From the NCBI GenBank assembly GCA_965113315.1, contig OZ220366.1: a DNA stretch of 64,000 nt. One strand, given 5' to 3'. Source of the stretch: Podarcis vaucheri (lineage: Eukaryota). How positions within the stretch are numbered: the stretch's first letter is position 1; each line of letters starts with the position of its first letter. The position numbers and the translations under genes are program-made. The notes beneath the pieces were generated by a model. The model was given only the letters and a program-made list of their open reading frames with translations. It made no database searches and had not been told where the DNA came from. Shown here piece after piece: positions 1 to 12,963 of this stretch.

Positions 1-618
1 TAGAAAGAATGTGCATGTAGCAACAATGGCAATTTTTATTTACAAAGCAGCGCTAAAGTCCACAATGTAATAATTAAAATTAATAAACCACAGGACTGTA
101 CTGAAGAAGGTACAGCATACATTTACATTTAAACAGTGGGAGGAACTAACAAGTGAGAGAAATGGAAGAGGCACTACTATCTTGCTATTGATGGTATTTG
201 CTTTTGCATATGAGTGATTAGTGCATACAATTCCATTTTTAAAATTAGACTAATGTCAAAAACTATCTGTAGTTATTAATATCTTAACCATATTTACTCA
301 GAAGTAAGGTCTATTTAGTTCAGTGGGGCTTACTCCCAAGTAAACAGATTGCAGCCTTATTTATGACATTTTTGCATCTCTATTTTTTAGATTAGTGGCC
401 ACTTCAGCTCCATCAAAAGCATTCTAGACAGTGGTGTTTGGCACAGCTGCCATTTATCTTGGCATTTCATTATTGAGCCTGAATATGAACTTTGATAGTT
501 TATAATAAGTTCAATCTGATCACTCTGAAGTTTTGATTGCATGGGGGGGGGAATCAGCCTGGAATATGTACAAGGAAATAGTCTAAGTGAGTGAAAAATT
601 GTATTTGTCTGATAAATG

Positions 619-1018
619 TTGTTGTTGTTGTTGTTTAGTCGTGTCCGACTCTTCGTGACCCCATGGACCAGAGCACGCCAGGCACTCCTGTGTTCCACTG
701 CCTCCCGCAGTTTGGTCAGACTCATGTTTGTAGCTTCAAGAACGCTGTCCAACCATCTCGTCCTCTGTCGTCCCCTTCTTCTTGTGCCCTCCATCTTTCC
801 CAACATCAGGGTCTTTTCCAGGGAGTCTTCTCTTCTCATGAGGTGGCCAAAGTATTGGAGCCTCAGCTTCACAATCTGTCCTTCCAGTGAGCACTCAGGG
901 CTGATTTCCTTAAGAATGGATACGTTTGATCTTCTTGCAGTCCATGGGACTCTCAAGAGTCTCCTCCAGCACCATAATTCAAAAGCATCAATTCTTTGGC
1001 GATTAGCCTTCTTTATGG
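619..1018 (-). mobile_element. 5'-truncated Bov-B (RTE) LINE, 3' end with (CAA)n tail
   Basis: Minus-strand translation (IKKANRQRIDAFELWCWRRLLRVPWTARRSN...GVTKSRTRL) matches the C-terminus of the 27936-31037 ORF. 12-bp TSD GTCTGATAAATG at 607-618 and 1019-1030. Confidence 0.96.
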
Positions 1019-2204
1019 GTCTGATAAATGACAACAATCAATTTCAATGGTCATTGAAAAACAGAATCATACACAATATGAAAAAATCAGCTGATGCACT
1101 GACTATGAGTAAATCATGTACATACACACCTCCAGGCCAGAATCAAGGAACCTCATATGCACTTTATATTGACCCACTTCTTATGGAAATTCACCCACAA
1201 AAGTGAATATTAAGCAGCAGTATTTGTGAGAAATTGGAGTGAATGATAAGTACCATATGCTTGCTTAAACTGGGATCATCTTAGATTGGAATATTGGAAT
1301 TTATGGGATGTGGGTTTTATTTTGTTGACATAAATATGATATTGTGAGCCTGTCACAGGTGTGTATATATTTGCAAGTACCTTTAAATCAGTTCGCACTT
1401 GGTTGTGTGTCTGTGTGAAAGTACATACACATTTAAAGGAAAGTGGGTGGGTTAATAAATTGTTCAACCTGGAGGTGTATAAATAAACAGGGTAAGCAAG
1501 CTATGACCAAGAAGTTGGCTTTGTTCACATGAGTCTTAAAAACACATCTTCCTCCTTGGAGCCTCACGAGCTGTGATTCTGGAGAATCAAGGGCGGTTGT
1601 GTTGCTTAATCATCTGACTCTTCTGAAACACCATATGCCATATTTATTTATATTGTTTATTATTTACGGTGTGGGTTGCTGTGTCTTTGCCTAGTGAGCT
1701 TCCAGAGCCTTTTGTGGGAAGAGAAAGGCGTGCCACTTGGGCTCCTGTGACTAGCAGGTTGTATGAAGCCCCCAGACTGGAAAAGTTTCTGCCTGCCTGA
1801 TCAATGGAAGCATTATATTTCAGCTGTAGCACTTTAAACTCTAGCTCCAGCCACTGACCTCCTGAACTATAAGTTGAGGTGCTGTCCCGTAACATTTGTG
1901 TCTATTTACATTTATCTGATTGCACAACATATACTGTGCCTGTTTTTGCAACTTAGGGTTCCATGTGACATGGAAGGCAATAATAAACAGAGAAGGGGTT
2001 TTAGATACATCTGCATTGTAGGAGGTTGGACTGGGTGATACTCTTTGGCATTTCCAAGTCTACAATTTTATGATATCTGAAATGACAAAAAAATGAAGAA
2101 TGTGAAGGGCTATCCCTCAGAAACAAAGAACCAAAGGAGAACAGTATCCAGATGAAACAAAACAAATATGATAGCAAGTAAGAGTGGTGGATAGAATACG
2201 CTGG

Positions 2205-2603
2205 TTGTGTTCAGATTATCACATCTCACCCTTATATGAATGAGCCTTCTACACATGCAAGCAGCTGCTTTGCTCTTCTCTTTGCATGAGCAGGGAAGCA
2301 AGCTAAGAAGGTGCAATTAACCATAGTTTCCTGTTACCTCCCAAACCAGGAAACTATGATTAATGGCTACCCAACAAGCAGGATGTTAAATCCACTTTAA
2401 AGCATGTCTTGATGGTTAACAGCTTCCAAACAAGCCAAAATATCATTTCCTGTTTAGGATGCAACAGGAACCTGTGGTTAACTGAAACTTTGTGCCTTGT
2501 TTCCCCGCTTGCTTCAAGAGAGGAGTGAAGCAGTTGTGTGGGCTACATGAAATGTAAATTCATCTTCTACTTTAAGCAGAGGTGCTGTGATTTGAATGTG
2601 GCC
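2205..2603. repeat. Old, degenerate palindromic MITE-like repeat
   Basis: Left and right halves are loosely complementary; internal hairpin aaccatagtttcctg...caggaaactatgatt. Boundaries approximate. Confidence 0.35.
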
Positions 2604-4162
2604 ACTGAATCAATGGAAGACCTATTCACAAAGCATCTAGAAAATAATAAACATGTTCAAATATGGCATAGAATAGTGACACCATGATTAGGGCTGCAAT
2701 TTGGCCTAGTTATGACTGATTTCTTCCATATTGGCATAGCAAACTGCAAGTTTATGTTTATAGCCATCCATGCCTTGTCCTTTAAAGTGTCTGATAATAC
2801 CAGTTAAACTGGACTTAAACGATTATTGGACTAAGAATCTACATCTCATTCAGTGTGATCATTTCTCCGGCAGCATTTTACAACCCAGGTTCAACATACA
2901 GTATTGGCAAGAAAGCACACTAACCATCAAACCCAGGGGTTGTTTATTTGATGGGATTTTAATTATTCCAGCCTCACTAAAGCTCCCCTGTGCTTCAGCT
3001 TAAAGAGTGCTGAATCAGTACAGGCAAAATGCTTTGATATTATTTGCAGCTGAGGAAATAGCTACAACTTTCCGGATTATTCATTGTGCATTGCTTTTGA
3101 TGAATAAAAAATATTTATTCGAGTGGCAAAAAGTGTAGCAGGACTTTCTGTTGCACTTTAAAAGTCTTATATCACTACAGAACCACAGTGTAAGTTACTG
3201 GTATATTTTAAACTAATATTTAGCTGTATTTAAGGCTGTGAACTGGTCACTGCTGTGTAGCCATGATAAAATGGAGGCTGAGATGAAGCTGGATAGTTAG
3301 AAAGAATGAGAAAAGAGAGCATTGACTGCACACTTAATATGTTTCTCACACATTACTTAGCAGCAAGCCTGCTAGTGTACATTTGATAGGGAGCCATGGC
3401 AAATCCTGAATACTTGATGTATGTTCCTGTATGATATACGTGTTTGCATTTCATTCACACTAAACATTTTTAGGCAAACACCTGAAAAAACTAATGGGCG
3501 AATCAGCCTTCAAACTGGGAGAGGGGCTAAAGTGGAAATAGAACATCTCCAAGGAGGTCTTTGAATTGTGGCAGGTAGATGCTTTTAAGAAAGAGCATTT
3601 CTGAACTAGCACTTTGTTTGCCCTCCCTGGCATATCGACAATGTGTAGTTTATGGGTTGCTGAACAGGTTAACGCTGCAGGGATGCAACCATTTCCAGCT
3701 TTATGATAGGGGTACATTTATGATGACACATGTCGCGAGAAACATACACTTGCCTAACACATGCAAAGGTGTGTGTGTGTGTTCATATGTGTATTCTGTA
3801 CAATTTGTGTGTCTGTTTGCTAGGATCCTGAGATCAAGATGGGGGACTGAACCAAAATTTGCATGATTGTTCTTAAGAAGAAGCAGGTTTGCATCTATGT
3901 TTGGACACAATTGGTTGCCATTTTGCATCAATACGGTGGACTCTAGCTTTCAAAACTGCATTGATTTTAATTGGTGATTGCAAAACTGCACTGATTTTTT
4001 TAAAATAGTTTATTTGAATTCCCAAGCTATGCCAGGTATGAGACTGATAGCAAAAATATCAAACTGGGCTAATGTAAGTCCTTCTTACTGATGGTATCTG
4101 TTTCAGTACACAACGCAGCAAGCTCAGAAATAGCATACCGAAGCTGATTTTTTAATTTCAAA

Positions 4163-4367
4163 TCTGGGTTCGCGTCCCCGCTCCTCCACATGCAGCTGCT
4201 GGGTGACCTTGGGCCAGTCACACTTCTCTGAAGTCTCTCAGCCCCACTCACCTCACAGAGTGTTTGTTGTGGGGGAGGAAGGGAAAAGGAGATTGTTAGC
4301 CGCTTTGAGACTCCTTCAGGTAGTGATAAAGCGGGGTATCAAATCCAAACTCTTCTTCTTCTTCTTC
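4163..4367 (+). mobile_element. Squam3-like SINE (tRNA head/CORE/L2-type tail), 5'-truncated
   Basis: B-box-like GGTTCGCGTCCC, CORE-like gggtgaccttgggccagtcac, tail agccgctttgagactcc...aaagcggggtat ending in (CTT)n. Confidence 0.8.
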
Positions 4368-5419
4368 ACTTAGTTTTTTATTGAAACGATACAGTATACT
4401 CAACTCATCCAATAAGATCATGTATTTTTTTTATGAACAAGACAATTTAAGATAGGTTTTATATATTGAAGACTAGTTTTTATTTAAGAAATAAAACCCA
4501 AGATTTCCCTTTGACGGCCGTTGTTCAGCTTGATACATATGAATGTATTGATTTCCTATGAAGAGCAAGCCTGGATTCATTGCACAATATCAACTTAATG
4601 CTGCTGAGCCATTCTGTTTCTTTGCCACACACAGCTTCAGCAGCTGAAAAAGTCTGGTAGAAGAATCTTCATTTCTTTTATCTTTTCTTGCAGCTTCCGC
4701 CTGACAGTTCAGATCATTTTGCAGCATATTGTCATCTTAATGACTTGATGCATTTGGTGTGAATAGAGAGAGATACATTTTGTAAGTTATAACCACAGGA
4801 TAATTTATTCATTCTGAGTAGACATTGCATTTGATAACTGATAAATTTCTTACACAGGGAGTGGAGCCGAAATGCATTGTCTGTATGTGGAAGGGCTGAT
4901 AATCATACTAGACTTGTAGATTGAGGAGAGAGTCACATACCATAAGTTATAAATGCTATAGAAACATCCACAAGCTTCTATCTAGGTGGAAGAACAGAGT
5001 CCTTGTAGGCCTGTAGTCAGAATTTCCATGGCTTTGGCGTTTATCATGGGAGGATGATAAATTAGTGCAAAACAGCCTAGATCCGAATGCAACAGTGTAG
5101 AATATTTAATTCTATTGCTTGCTATCGAAATGTAATTGTATAAAAAATTATAAATAAGGCCCTAGTGCTTGTTGGTCATACCTGTGGCTTGCATTCATTG
5201 GCCAGAACATTGGATGTAGGAACCAGGTTGGTTTCTTACAGAGAACTTGAGTAGAATACCATCCACATCATGCTTTTTCTTATACGTCCCTGAATAAAAG
5301 ATACTGGAGATATTTTGCTTAAAAAATGAAAGCTAAACATGGGGAGGGGGGACTAGAATGTCATAGACGCCTGTTCCACAAGGCTCTCCATGGCTATAGC
5401 AGCAGCAGCAGCAACAAGA

Positions 5420-5545
5420 TCATTTGTACTCTGCCCATCTGACTAGGTTCCTCAGCCACACTCTAGGTAGCTTCCAACAAATACAAACGCATAATAAAAC
5501 TTCCCTATACAGGGCTGCCTTCAGTTGTCCTCTAAAAGTTGTGTA
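5420..5545 (-). mobile_element. Degenerate L2-type LINE 3' end, host of the adjacent Sauria SINE
   Basis: cttccctatacagggctgccttcag is the near reverse complement of the L2-like terminus at ~55770-55796; similar to 55460-55585. Confidence 0.5.
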
Positions 5546-5552
5546 GTTACTT

Positions 5553-5915
5553 GAAGGTAAAGGTAAAGGTACCCCTGCCTGTACGGGCCAGTCGTGTCCG
5601 ACTCTAGGGTTGCATGCTCATCTCGCTCTAGAGGCCGTGAGCCGGCGCCATCCAAAGACTCTTCCAGGTCACGTGGCCAGCGTGACGAAGCTGCAGCCCG
5701 CGAGCCAGCACCAGCACAGCACACGGAAACGCCGTTTATCTTCCCGCTATAAAGCAGTCCCTATTTATCTACTTGCACTTTTAAGGGTGCTTTCGAACTG
5801 CTAGGTGGGCAGGAGCTGGGACCGAACGACGGGAGCTCACCCCGCTGCAGGGATTCGAACCGCCAACCATACGATCGGCAAGTCCTAGGCACTGAGGTTT
5901 TACCCACTACACAGC
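5553..5915 (-). mobile_element. Sauria SINE (Squam1)
   Basis: (ACCTTT)n tail, B box GGTTCGAATCCC on the minus strand, 12-bp TSD GTGTAGTTACTT (5541-5552, 5916-5927). Confidence 0.93.
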
Positions 5916-8058
5916 GTGTAGTTACTTACCTCGCTTTTAAAAACTCTGCATTCTATTTTGAGTTCTCCCCCCAAAAATTAATTTATGATTAATATCATTG
6001 TAGAAGAGTCATAAATTACCAAGGAAGCAATAACCCAGGATATTTTAATTCTAGCACTGCATTTTGATTAACTCTTTATAATATAATTTTAATATAGTTC
6101 TTTCCAGTCTTCAGTTAGCTCACTCTCCAAACAAAGCAAGTTGTTGTTTTCATTTCATATGGGCAACTTCCAGGCAGATGTTTATTGTGGAATGAGTGGT
6201 ATTCACCCATGAAATGTTTTTGGAGCATCCATAAAATATTGTTATCATCTAAATGCCAGCCCATACCCCACCTTGCCACCATTTAATATATATTGACCAT
6301 TTTCAGGTGAAATCTGATAAGTTAAAAAAAAAAAAACAACTTTTGCCAATGACCTGTTACAATATTAAGCTGCTGACTGGAAGAAAACAAGGTTATCCCC
6401 CAAGCTCAAGATTTGAACCTCGATTTGCCAAATCTAAATCTACATTGGCTATCTCCTGCAAACAGATTTTGTTAAAACAAAAGCAACAAACATCTCTCAG
6501 GACCAAACATATAAATAGAGGAATGTGCAGTTTTCACAGGCCAGCTTTTGTAGATAGGCTACAGGGTCAATATTCTACGAATCCAACTGGGAACTCATTA
6601 AGGGGGAAAAGAAAAGGAAAAGTTGTCTTTCTTGAAACAGCCTAAGTTTGCTCTGAAAGGGCCTGCTGTGTAATACACAAAAGAGGATAAATTGGTTGCT
6701 GATTTATTCCTTCTGAGTTCCCTAGTACTTAATCCACTGCGTAGATTAAATATGTACAATACGGTATGTGTGTCCCATGAAGCCAGCCATTTGGTGGATC
6801 CTTGTAGGTGACTGACAACACCCACAACTTTTCCAGCCCCAGTCAGGCAGCAAAAATAGGGGATGATTTATTTTGTTTTAGTTCTTGGAAAATTATGCTA
6901 GGAAGCCATGTTCTGCTTTGTGGGTCACAAATTGTGTGTGTGTCTCCAATGGGTGATTAGAGTTGGGTACAGATTGCTGAGAGTTATCACTGTCATCATT
7001 ACCAATCTCCTAGTGGTCAAGGATGATAGGATTTATAGTCCAGCAACATTTGGAAGGCAACAGATTCCTCCTCCCTGGCTTACAGCTTAAGTTCGGATAA
7101 TTGCAATGACAGCTCTCTTGGCTTAGTTTCAGGGGCCACAGAATCCTTTATTTGTATCCATTGCACTAATTACTTCTACTTCACATGTATAAGGTAGATG
7201 GCAAAACTAAACAAGCTGTTGCTGAAATTTGTGCTGAGTGCAGTTGGACTCTACATTGATAACTACTGTGAAATGTGTGGGTTTGTAGTTATTATAACAG
7301 TAAAATTCGTGGGTGCACCTGTTTTTGGTGATAGTATTGTTTAAAAGGAAGGGGCAAAACCAGATCTGTTCCTTGAAGAAAAGCAGTGCTCCAGTAATCA
7401 GATCTTGCCTGTACATAATTTGATTTCTTTCTGACTCTGAGGAAAAATCTGAAAACAGCAGCTGGATCGATTTCTGCACTTGGAAGCTAATTTTGAAAGT
7501 TCAGTATTTCTGAAAATGAAATCTAGTTGGAGCAACTTTCTAAAAGTGTTGTGACATAAAAGAGACTAATGTTAGTAGTGTCAATAAACTTGAGAGGCTT
7601 CTTTAAATGTACAATATCCAAGGTTTATAATGAAAAACACTGTAAAAATAATAATAATCTCCAACGGATTTTCAAGTGCTAGATAGTCAAGCCCTAGGTG
7701 TGATTGTAATCATAATCATAATCCAGATGATATTATAACTGGAATCCAGTAGGATATTGATCTTCTGCCCCCCTTGGGAGAATGGAAAATACTTTAACTC
7801 CTGTGCTGTGAAGCTTTGTAGGAGAGCATTAGTTTCACTGATTTGGACTCTTAAGGGTCACACTAGACACAAAGCCATTCTGTACAGTTTTCAAACGGCT
7901 TTTAAAAAGGCAAATGACAAGCATAAGGGCCCTGTTCCAGTTTAGGACCCCGGTGTGGGTGGGATGCTTTAACTCTTTGCCTCCTCCTGCTCTATTCTCA
8001 ATTTGTCTCAGTTTCCCTGTGCGTCAAGCCATTGAAGCAATTGCTAATTTAAGCTGGC

Positions 8059-8160
8059 GTTTAAGTAGAAGCTGGTCATTGATCAGGGCTGGAGGGCTTC
8101 CTGCATTAGCAGGGCCTTTGACTAATGACCTTTTGAGGTCCCTCCCAACTCTGTGATTCT
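8059..8160 (+). mobile_element. CR1 LINE 3' end remnant
   Basis: ctgcattagcagggc...ggtccctcccaactctgtgattct resembles the CR1 tails at 34560-34629 and 55365-55418. Confidence 0.5.
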
Positions 8161-9565
8161 GAGGTGGAGTACTGTCCTCATAATAGGTCTTTCAAAGAGC
8201 TTTTGGGAAAGCTTTTGGGGTGGAAGGGGAGAGATTGAAGAACACCGTGAGAGATTTGCTGGATCAGACTGAGATTTCACTCAGTCCGGTGGTTCTCAAA
8301 CTTTTTTACTCTGGGCCACACTTTCAGAATCAAAATTTGCTTGCACCACACCAATTTTTTTATGGATAAGAAATATATTGGAAAACAAAAAGTGCTGGAT
8401 TTATAACATAGAACCCAAATACTTTATAATATGATCACGAGTCATCCAGGAAGTACAAAACAATGCAGCTACATAGGAAGATGAACCATTCCCAGAATAA
8501 AATTTAAACGAGCCTCTCATAGGTACATTCATTATGTCTACAAACTCAATGAAAGGTGTGACCTTGCAGTATCACATGATGTTCTTGCTCTCCTTTTGAA
8601 AAGTTATCAATCCATATTCTACAAATAAAAAACACCATTATTTTTATACTATACTATATTCCACTGAAAGGTTTATATGTTTCCTTGATTGTCCTTGAAT
8701 CTTGGCTGTGATCTCCTGCCACACCTTTTGAGGACCATTGCCTTAATCTTTTTCTCCCAGTGGCAAGTTGGATGTCCTTAGGAAGCCCACACTGAGGGCT
8801 TAAAGGCTTGGGTTGACTTGCCCAAAGGCACTGAGTACATTTGAAAGCTGAATAAAGATCCATACCCAAGGGAAAAGGCAAACAATTATCCACCATGCTT
8901 TATTGGTTCAGTTGTTAGAAGATATTTTTCATGCTGTCAAGGTGACATTCTCAAATCATTACATTGCCAGTTAAAGCAATATTGCACTAATAGAAGATAA
9001 TTCTTGTGGTCTTTAAACTTTTCTAAGACTAAATTCTTTCTTTCTTTCCTTCCTTCCTTCTTTCATTACATTATCCATCTGAAATATTGCTGTTCAATAT
9101 CAAAGCAAGCCTTAATTTCAACGTCTGCTGAACAATGTTGCCATCTTGATTAGCACATCATATATTTGGTTTTCGGACTTTACAAGCAAATAGGGTGCCC
9201 ATACTAATGAACTAAGTTTTAGGGAGTACTGAATGTGTTATGAAATGGGAGGTGCTGTTGTAATGGATAGTTAGTGAGGTTTTTGAAAGGCGCCTCTTGC
9301 TTTCAGGTAGTCCTTTGGGTTTACTGACTAATGCTTCTTTAAAAGGTGCCAGCTGACATGTGGCAACTCCCACAATATTTCTTTGCCCCTTGGGAAACAG
9401 GCTAAGTGCTGATAACTTATCAGCAATATTTTTTTAAAATGTGACGTTGCAATAACTTCTCATTCCATCTAAAAAAAAAAAAGATCTCTCTGGCAAAGAA
9501 ATAGGCACTACTTGCCTCCTCAATGTCAATGAGATTTATGATATAAAATAAGAACTGCCAACTTG

Positions 9566-9568
<3 letters not shown>

Positions 9569-9612
<44 letters not shown>
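9569..9612 (+). repeat. (TG)n microsatellite
   Basis: Perfect dinucleotide run. Confidence 0.98.
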
Positions 9613-9613
<1 letters not shown>

Positions 9614-10707
9614 TTTACAGTTGCTGGGAAAGGCTCCATTATTAGCTGGAAATATTATTTTTTAACCAAAACCCACCCCAAACCCCTATCCTAAAGAAGT
9701 CCAGTTCTTCAATTTCAAGATGTGGGAAAATTAAGTATGCTAAGCTCTTTCTGGCGTGAATAAAGAATTATAGAGAAGTTAACAAGTGTTGGCAATATTA
9801 TGTAGGGCCAAATTTCATTTCATTTATTTTTAGTCAACTTATAGACCACTTACAATCTTCTCTATCTATATATACTATCTATCTATATATAAATAAATAT
9901 ATTTTTATATATATTTATTTATCACTGCGTATACATGCATCACTGGGAAATAAACAATTACATCTGTTCAAACCTGGATATGCTGGGAGAGAGGTGGAAA
10001 GTCCTAGTGGCTCGTGAGCCACACACATCCCCCTCCCTTGAGCCAAAAGAGGATGTCAGTCTGGAAATAGAAGGTTTAAAGAGCTTGAAAAAGGAACTTT
10101 TAGGCTCTAAAATGGCACCTGAGAGCTCTTTCTGCTGCTGCACTACCTTGCTCAACAGCTGTATTGCAGTGGGCTCAATTACACTGTTCCCTGCCCTTTC
10201 TGGTGATCTGGAGGTAAAGGTACAGTATAAAGGGGGGGGGAAGAGTACAGTACTGTATTTTTCATGCCCTTTTGCCCTAGTTCTCCATTCTGATGAGCCT
10301 CCCCACTTGCACAAATTTGCTTATGCAAACTGGGGCCCTGAACGTAACCCCCACAGGTGTCACCTGTATATAAAATCTTGAAGCAGTTTGCAATAAGGAT
10401 TCAAAAGATTCTAAAAGAGAAGGAAATTCTCTAAAACATACAACAAAAACTACAGATATGCAGATGCTATAAATAACCAGCAGATAAAATAATCAAAAAT
10501 TAAAATAAGATAACATACTCTGAACATAGAATACTAAAAAATATTAAGTAAATAATTGGCAGCCTTTTGCTGCGACTTGTAGGTGACTAATAGAAACTGA
10601 ACCTGAAAATCCACCCACTTATGTCTTTGGTTACTGTTACAGGTTAGTAGGGAAAATTAAAAAAATTCTTCCAGTAGCACCTTAAAGACCAACTAAGTTA
10701 GTTCTTG

Positions 10708-10745
10708 GTATGAGCTTTCGTGTGCATGCACACTTCTTCAGATAC
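10708..10745 (-). ncRNA. Minimal type I hammerhead ribozyme motif (PLE-associated)
   Basis: Minus strand GTAT-CTGAAGA-A-GTGTGCATGCACAC-GAAA-GC-TC^ATAC: CUGANGA and GAAA core, stem I GUAU/AUAC, palindromic stem II, minimal stem III. Confidence 0.8.
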
Positions 10746-10925
10746 ACTGAAACAGAAGTTGCCAGATCCTTCTATATAGTGAGAAGGTGGGGAGGGGTAT
10801 TACTCAGAAGGGTGGTGGGAATGGGAGATTGGCAGATAGCTGAGATGAGCCTGTTGGCCACTCTTAACGACTGTAATAGGTCTTACAGGAAAAGGCAAGG
10901 GGTGAGAAGGTGAGAAATGGCTTAG

Positions 10926-11030
10926 TCATGTATAATGGGATAAGAATCCAATGTCTTTGTTCAAACCAGGTCTCTCCATGGTTTTACGTTTGGTAATGAG
11001 TTGCAATTCAGCAGCTTCTCTTTCCAGTCT
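10926..11030 (-). pseudogene. C-terminal remnant of Penelope-like GIY-YIG endonuclease ORF
   Basis: Translates RLEREAAELQLITKRKTMERPGLNKDIGFLSHYT*, with the E...I..T..PGLN pattern typical of vertebrate PLE GIY-YIG C-termini. Confidence 0.75.
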
Positions 11031-11031
11031 A

Positions 11032-11068
11032 TATCTGAAGAAGTGTGCATGCACACGAAAGCTCATAC
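11032..11068 (+). ncRNA. Minimal type I hammerhead ribozyme motif (PLE-associated)
   Basis: TAT-CTGAAGA-A-GTGTGCATGCACAC-GAAAGCTC-ATAC; core identical to 10708-10745, stem I shortened by the junction. Confidence 0.75.
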
Positions 11069-12828
11069 CAAGAACTAACTTAGTTGGTCTTTAAGGTGCT
11101 ACTGGAAGGAATTTTTTTATTTTGACTATGGCAGACCAACACGGCTACCTATCTGTAGGTTAATAGGGAAACAGGGATCCTCTAGATACCTGGGCACCAG
11201 ATCTTCCCCTCCAGATTTTTGGATGCTGGGGCTTAATCAGAGCTGATGGGCTGAGCTTGCTTAGAGGGGCAGGTGGAGAGATGATGAGCCTGCCATTAAT
11301 CCATCTACAAGACAAAAGACCCTACAGGTAACCAAGGGGGAGGTTGCCAGGGCAATGTTGGTGTGCTGTCGCAAAGGAAAACTGTCACTTTTCAAAGGGG
11401 GGGGGGAGAAAGGGAGGAGTTGCTTGGCAAAAGGTTTTCTGGGAAGGAGAAGCAGGAAATAGGTTGAACTCCATGCGGTGGCTGGAGGTCAGAACCATCT
11501 TGGCAGGTTGGGACAGAAGCATAGAGAAGTTCAGAATGCTTTGGAAATCCAGTTCTGCACTACTCAAACCCCTCTTGAGATGCAAATGCTGTAAATTCTG
11601 GTCTCCCTCCCTTGAAAACCTCTGGTGTAAATATGTGTAAAATTAACCATATTTCTTTAAACGTGGTCCTGGGTAAGCACCTGGAACTCCCTGCAATCTT
11701 GCTGTGGATATCATTAGGGCTTTGAGGGTCTTGTGATGTGCCATGCTGTCCAGTCCCAATTATGTTTCTTGGGATGGAAATCACATTGAGGTTAATAGGA
11801 CTTACTTTCATGTGTGTTTGGGTAGGCTTGCTGTTTTAATTGATTTTGTATGTTGACAAGGAAACCTTGATAGCTACTTCTTATGAATGTAAACCTTCAG
11901 GCATTCACAAGATTATTTACGTACTGTGGAATAATATCAGATACAATAAAAATAAGGAGAAACAGTATTTCTCCTCTGCCCCCTTTCTTTTTGTCAGAGG
12001 ATAGCATGGTGACCCGAGTTCAAATTCCGTACTCAAGGGGGCAAGCTCTCACTTTGTGTCTACGCTGCTAAATAAATTATCTTAGCAATTTATGTAGAGG
12101 TTACATTTCCAAGGGATCTTCTGGAAATGTACAGTTTTTATTTTTTTTAAATGGGGAAGTGAAACTGGCCAAATTGTAAAGGATTATATTTATTCAATTC
12201 TTTTGCCTGCAAAGAGCAGGCAAGAGAGTAGAACAAATATAACAAAGATATCCTGCTGTATTCTCTCCTCGCCGTTGGTGTTTTTCTCTCTTGACCTACT
12301 TGCTGCATGAGAAAGGTTTGTAAATATTTAAATACTTCTCTTAAGTATTTCTCCTGCATGAATTATGTGTATGAAACTAAAGTAGAACTGCAGCTGCCAA
12401 TTAGAATGCGGTGGAGCTGTAGTTGCTGATGTGCCAATGTAATGATTTCTCCCCGCTCCCCCCCCCCCCGCTCCCAGCTACAGCTATGCAGCTCTAGTTC
12501 TGAATATCAGAATCAACACTGCGGCTCTGTGGTTATTGCCAGATTTGGTTCAGTGAATTTTTGAACGTTGCTAAATGCAGATTTTGCTCTCTTCTTCATT
12601 TACTAATGGCTTATTAACTTCCTGTTTTTACTGTCTAAGAAAACATCAAAATGTCCACACAGGCGACTGCCCTTCAGGTTCAAAACTAACTTCTGGATAG
12701 GTCAGCAAATTACTACGGGTCAGAAGTCGTAATTCCTTCATTCCTCCAATCATTTATAGCCCACCTTTCAACCTGATAGGCCCACCAGGCATCGTACAAT
12801 AATAAAACAACTGTAAAACATGTACAAA

Positions 12829-12963
12829 CAGGGCTCTTTTCCAGCTGGAACTCACCAGAACTCAGTTCCGGCACTCTCGGGTGGGTGCCATTGCCATTCT
12901 AAGAGAATGAGGGAGGCGTTCATGGTGAGTTCTGGCACCTCTTTTTCTAGAAAAATATCACTG
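12829..12963. mobile_element. hAT-type MITE
   Basis: Imperfect TIRs CAGGGCTCTTTT / AAAAATATCACTG, 8-bp TSD TGTACAA(A/T); inverted sister copy at 51086-51212. Confidence 0.8.

Larger units (their letters stand above)
10656..11156. mobile_element. Penelope-like element (PLE) insertion with inverted pseudo-LTR arms
   Basis: ~90-bp inverted arms (10656-10744 vs 11033-11123), GIY-YIG C-terminal remnant, hammerhead motifs, 15-bp TSD AGGTTA(G/A)TAGGGAAA (10641-10655, 11157-11171). Confidence 0.88.

Noticed and set aside
616-1206. 196-aa plus-strand ORF, and the 135-193-aa minus-strand ORFs within 27794-31009
   Set aside because: Antisense shadows of the Bov-B reading frame.
9889-9922. 14-bp AT-only inverted repeat
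   Set aside because: Low-complexity sequence where such palindromes are expected.
9935-10381. Overlapping 148-aa and 118-aa ORFs with splice-like sites near 10210
   Set aside because: No recognisable protein family and no partner exons; consistent with chance.
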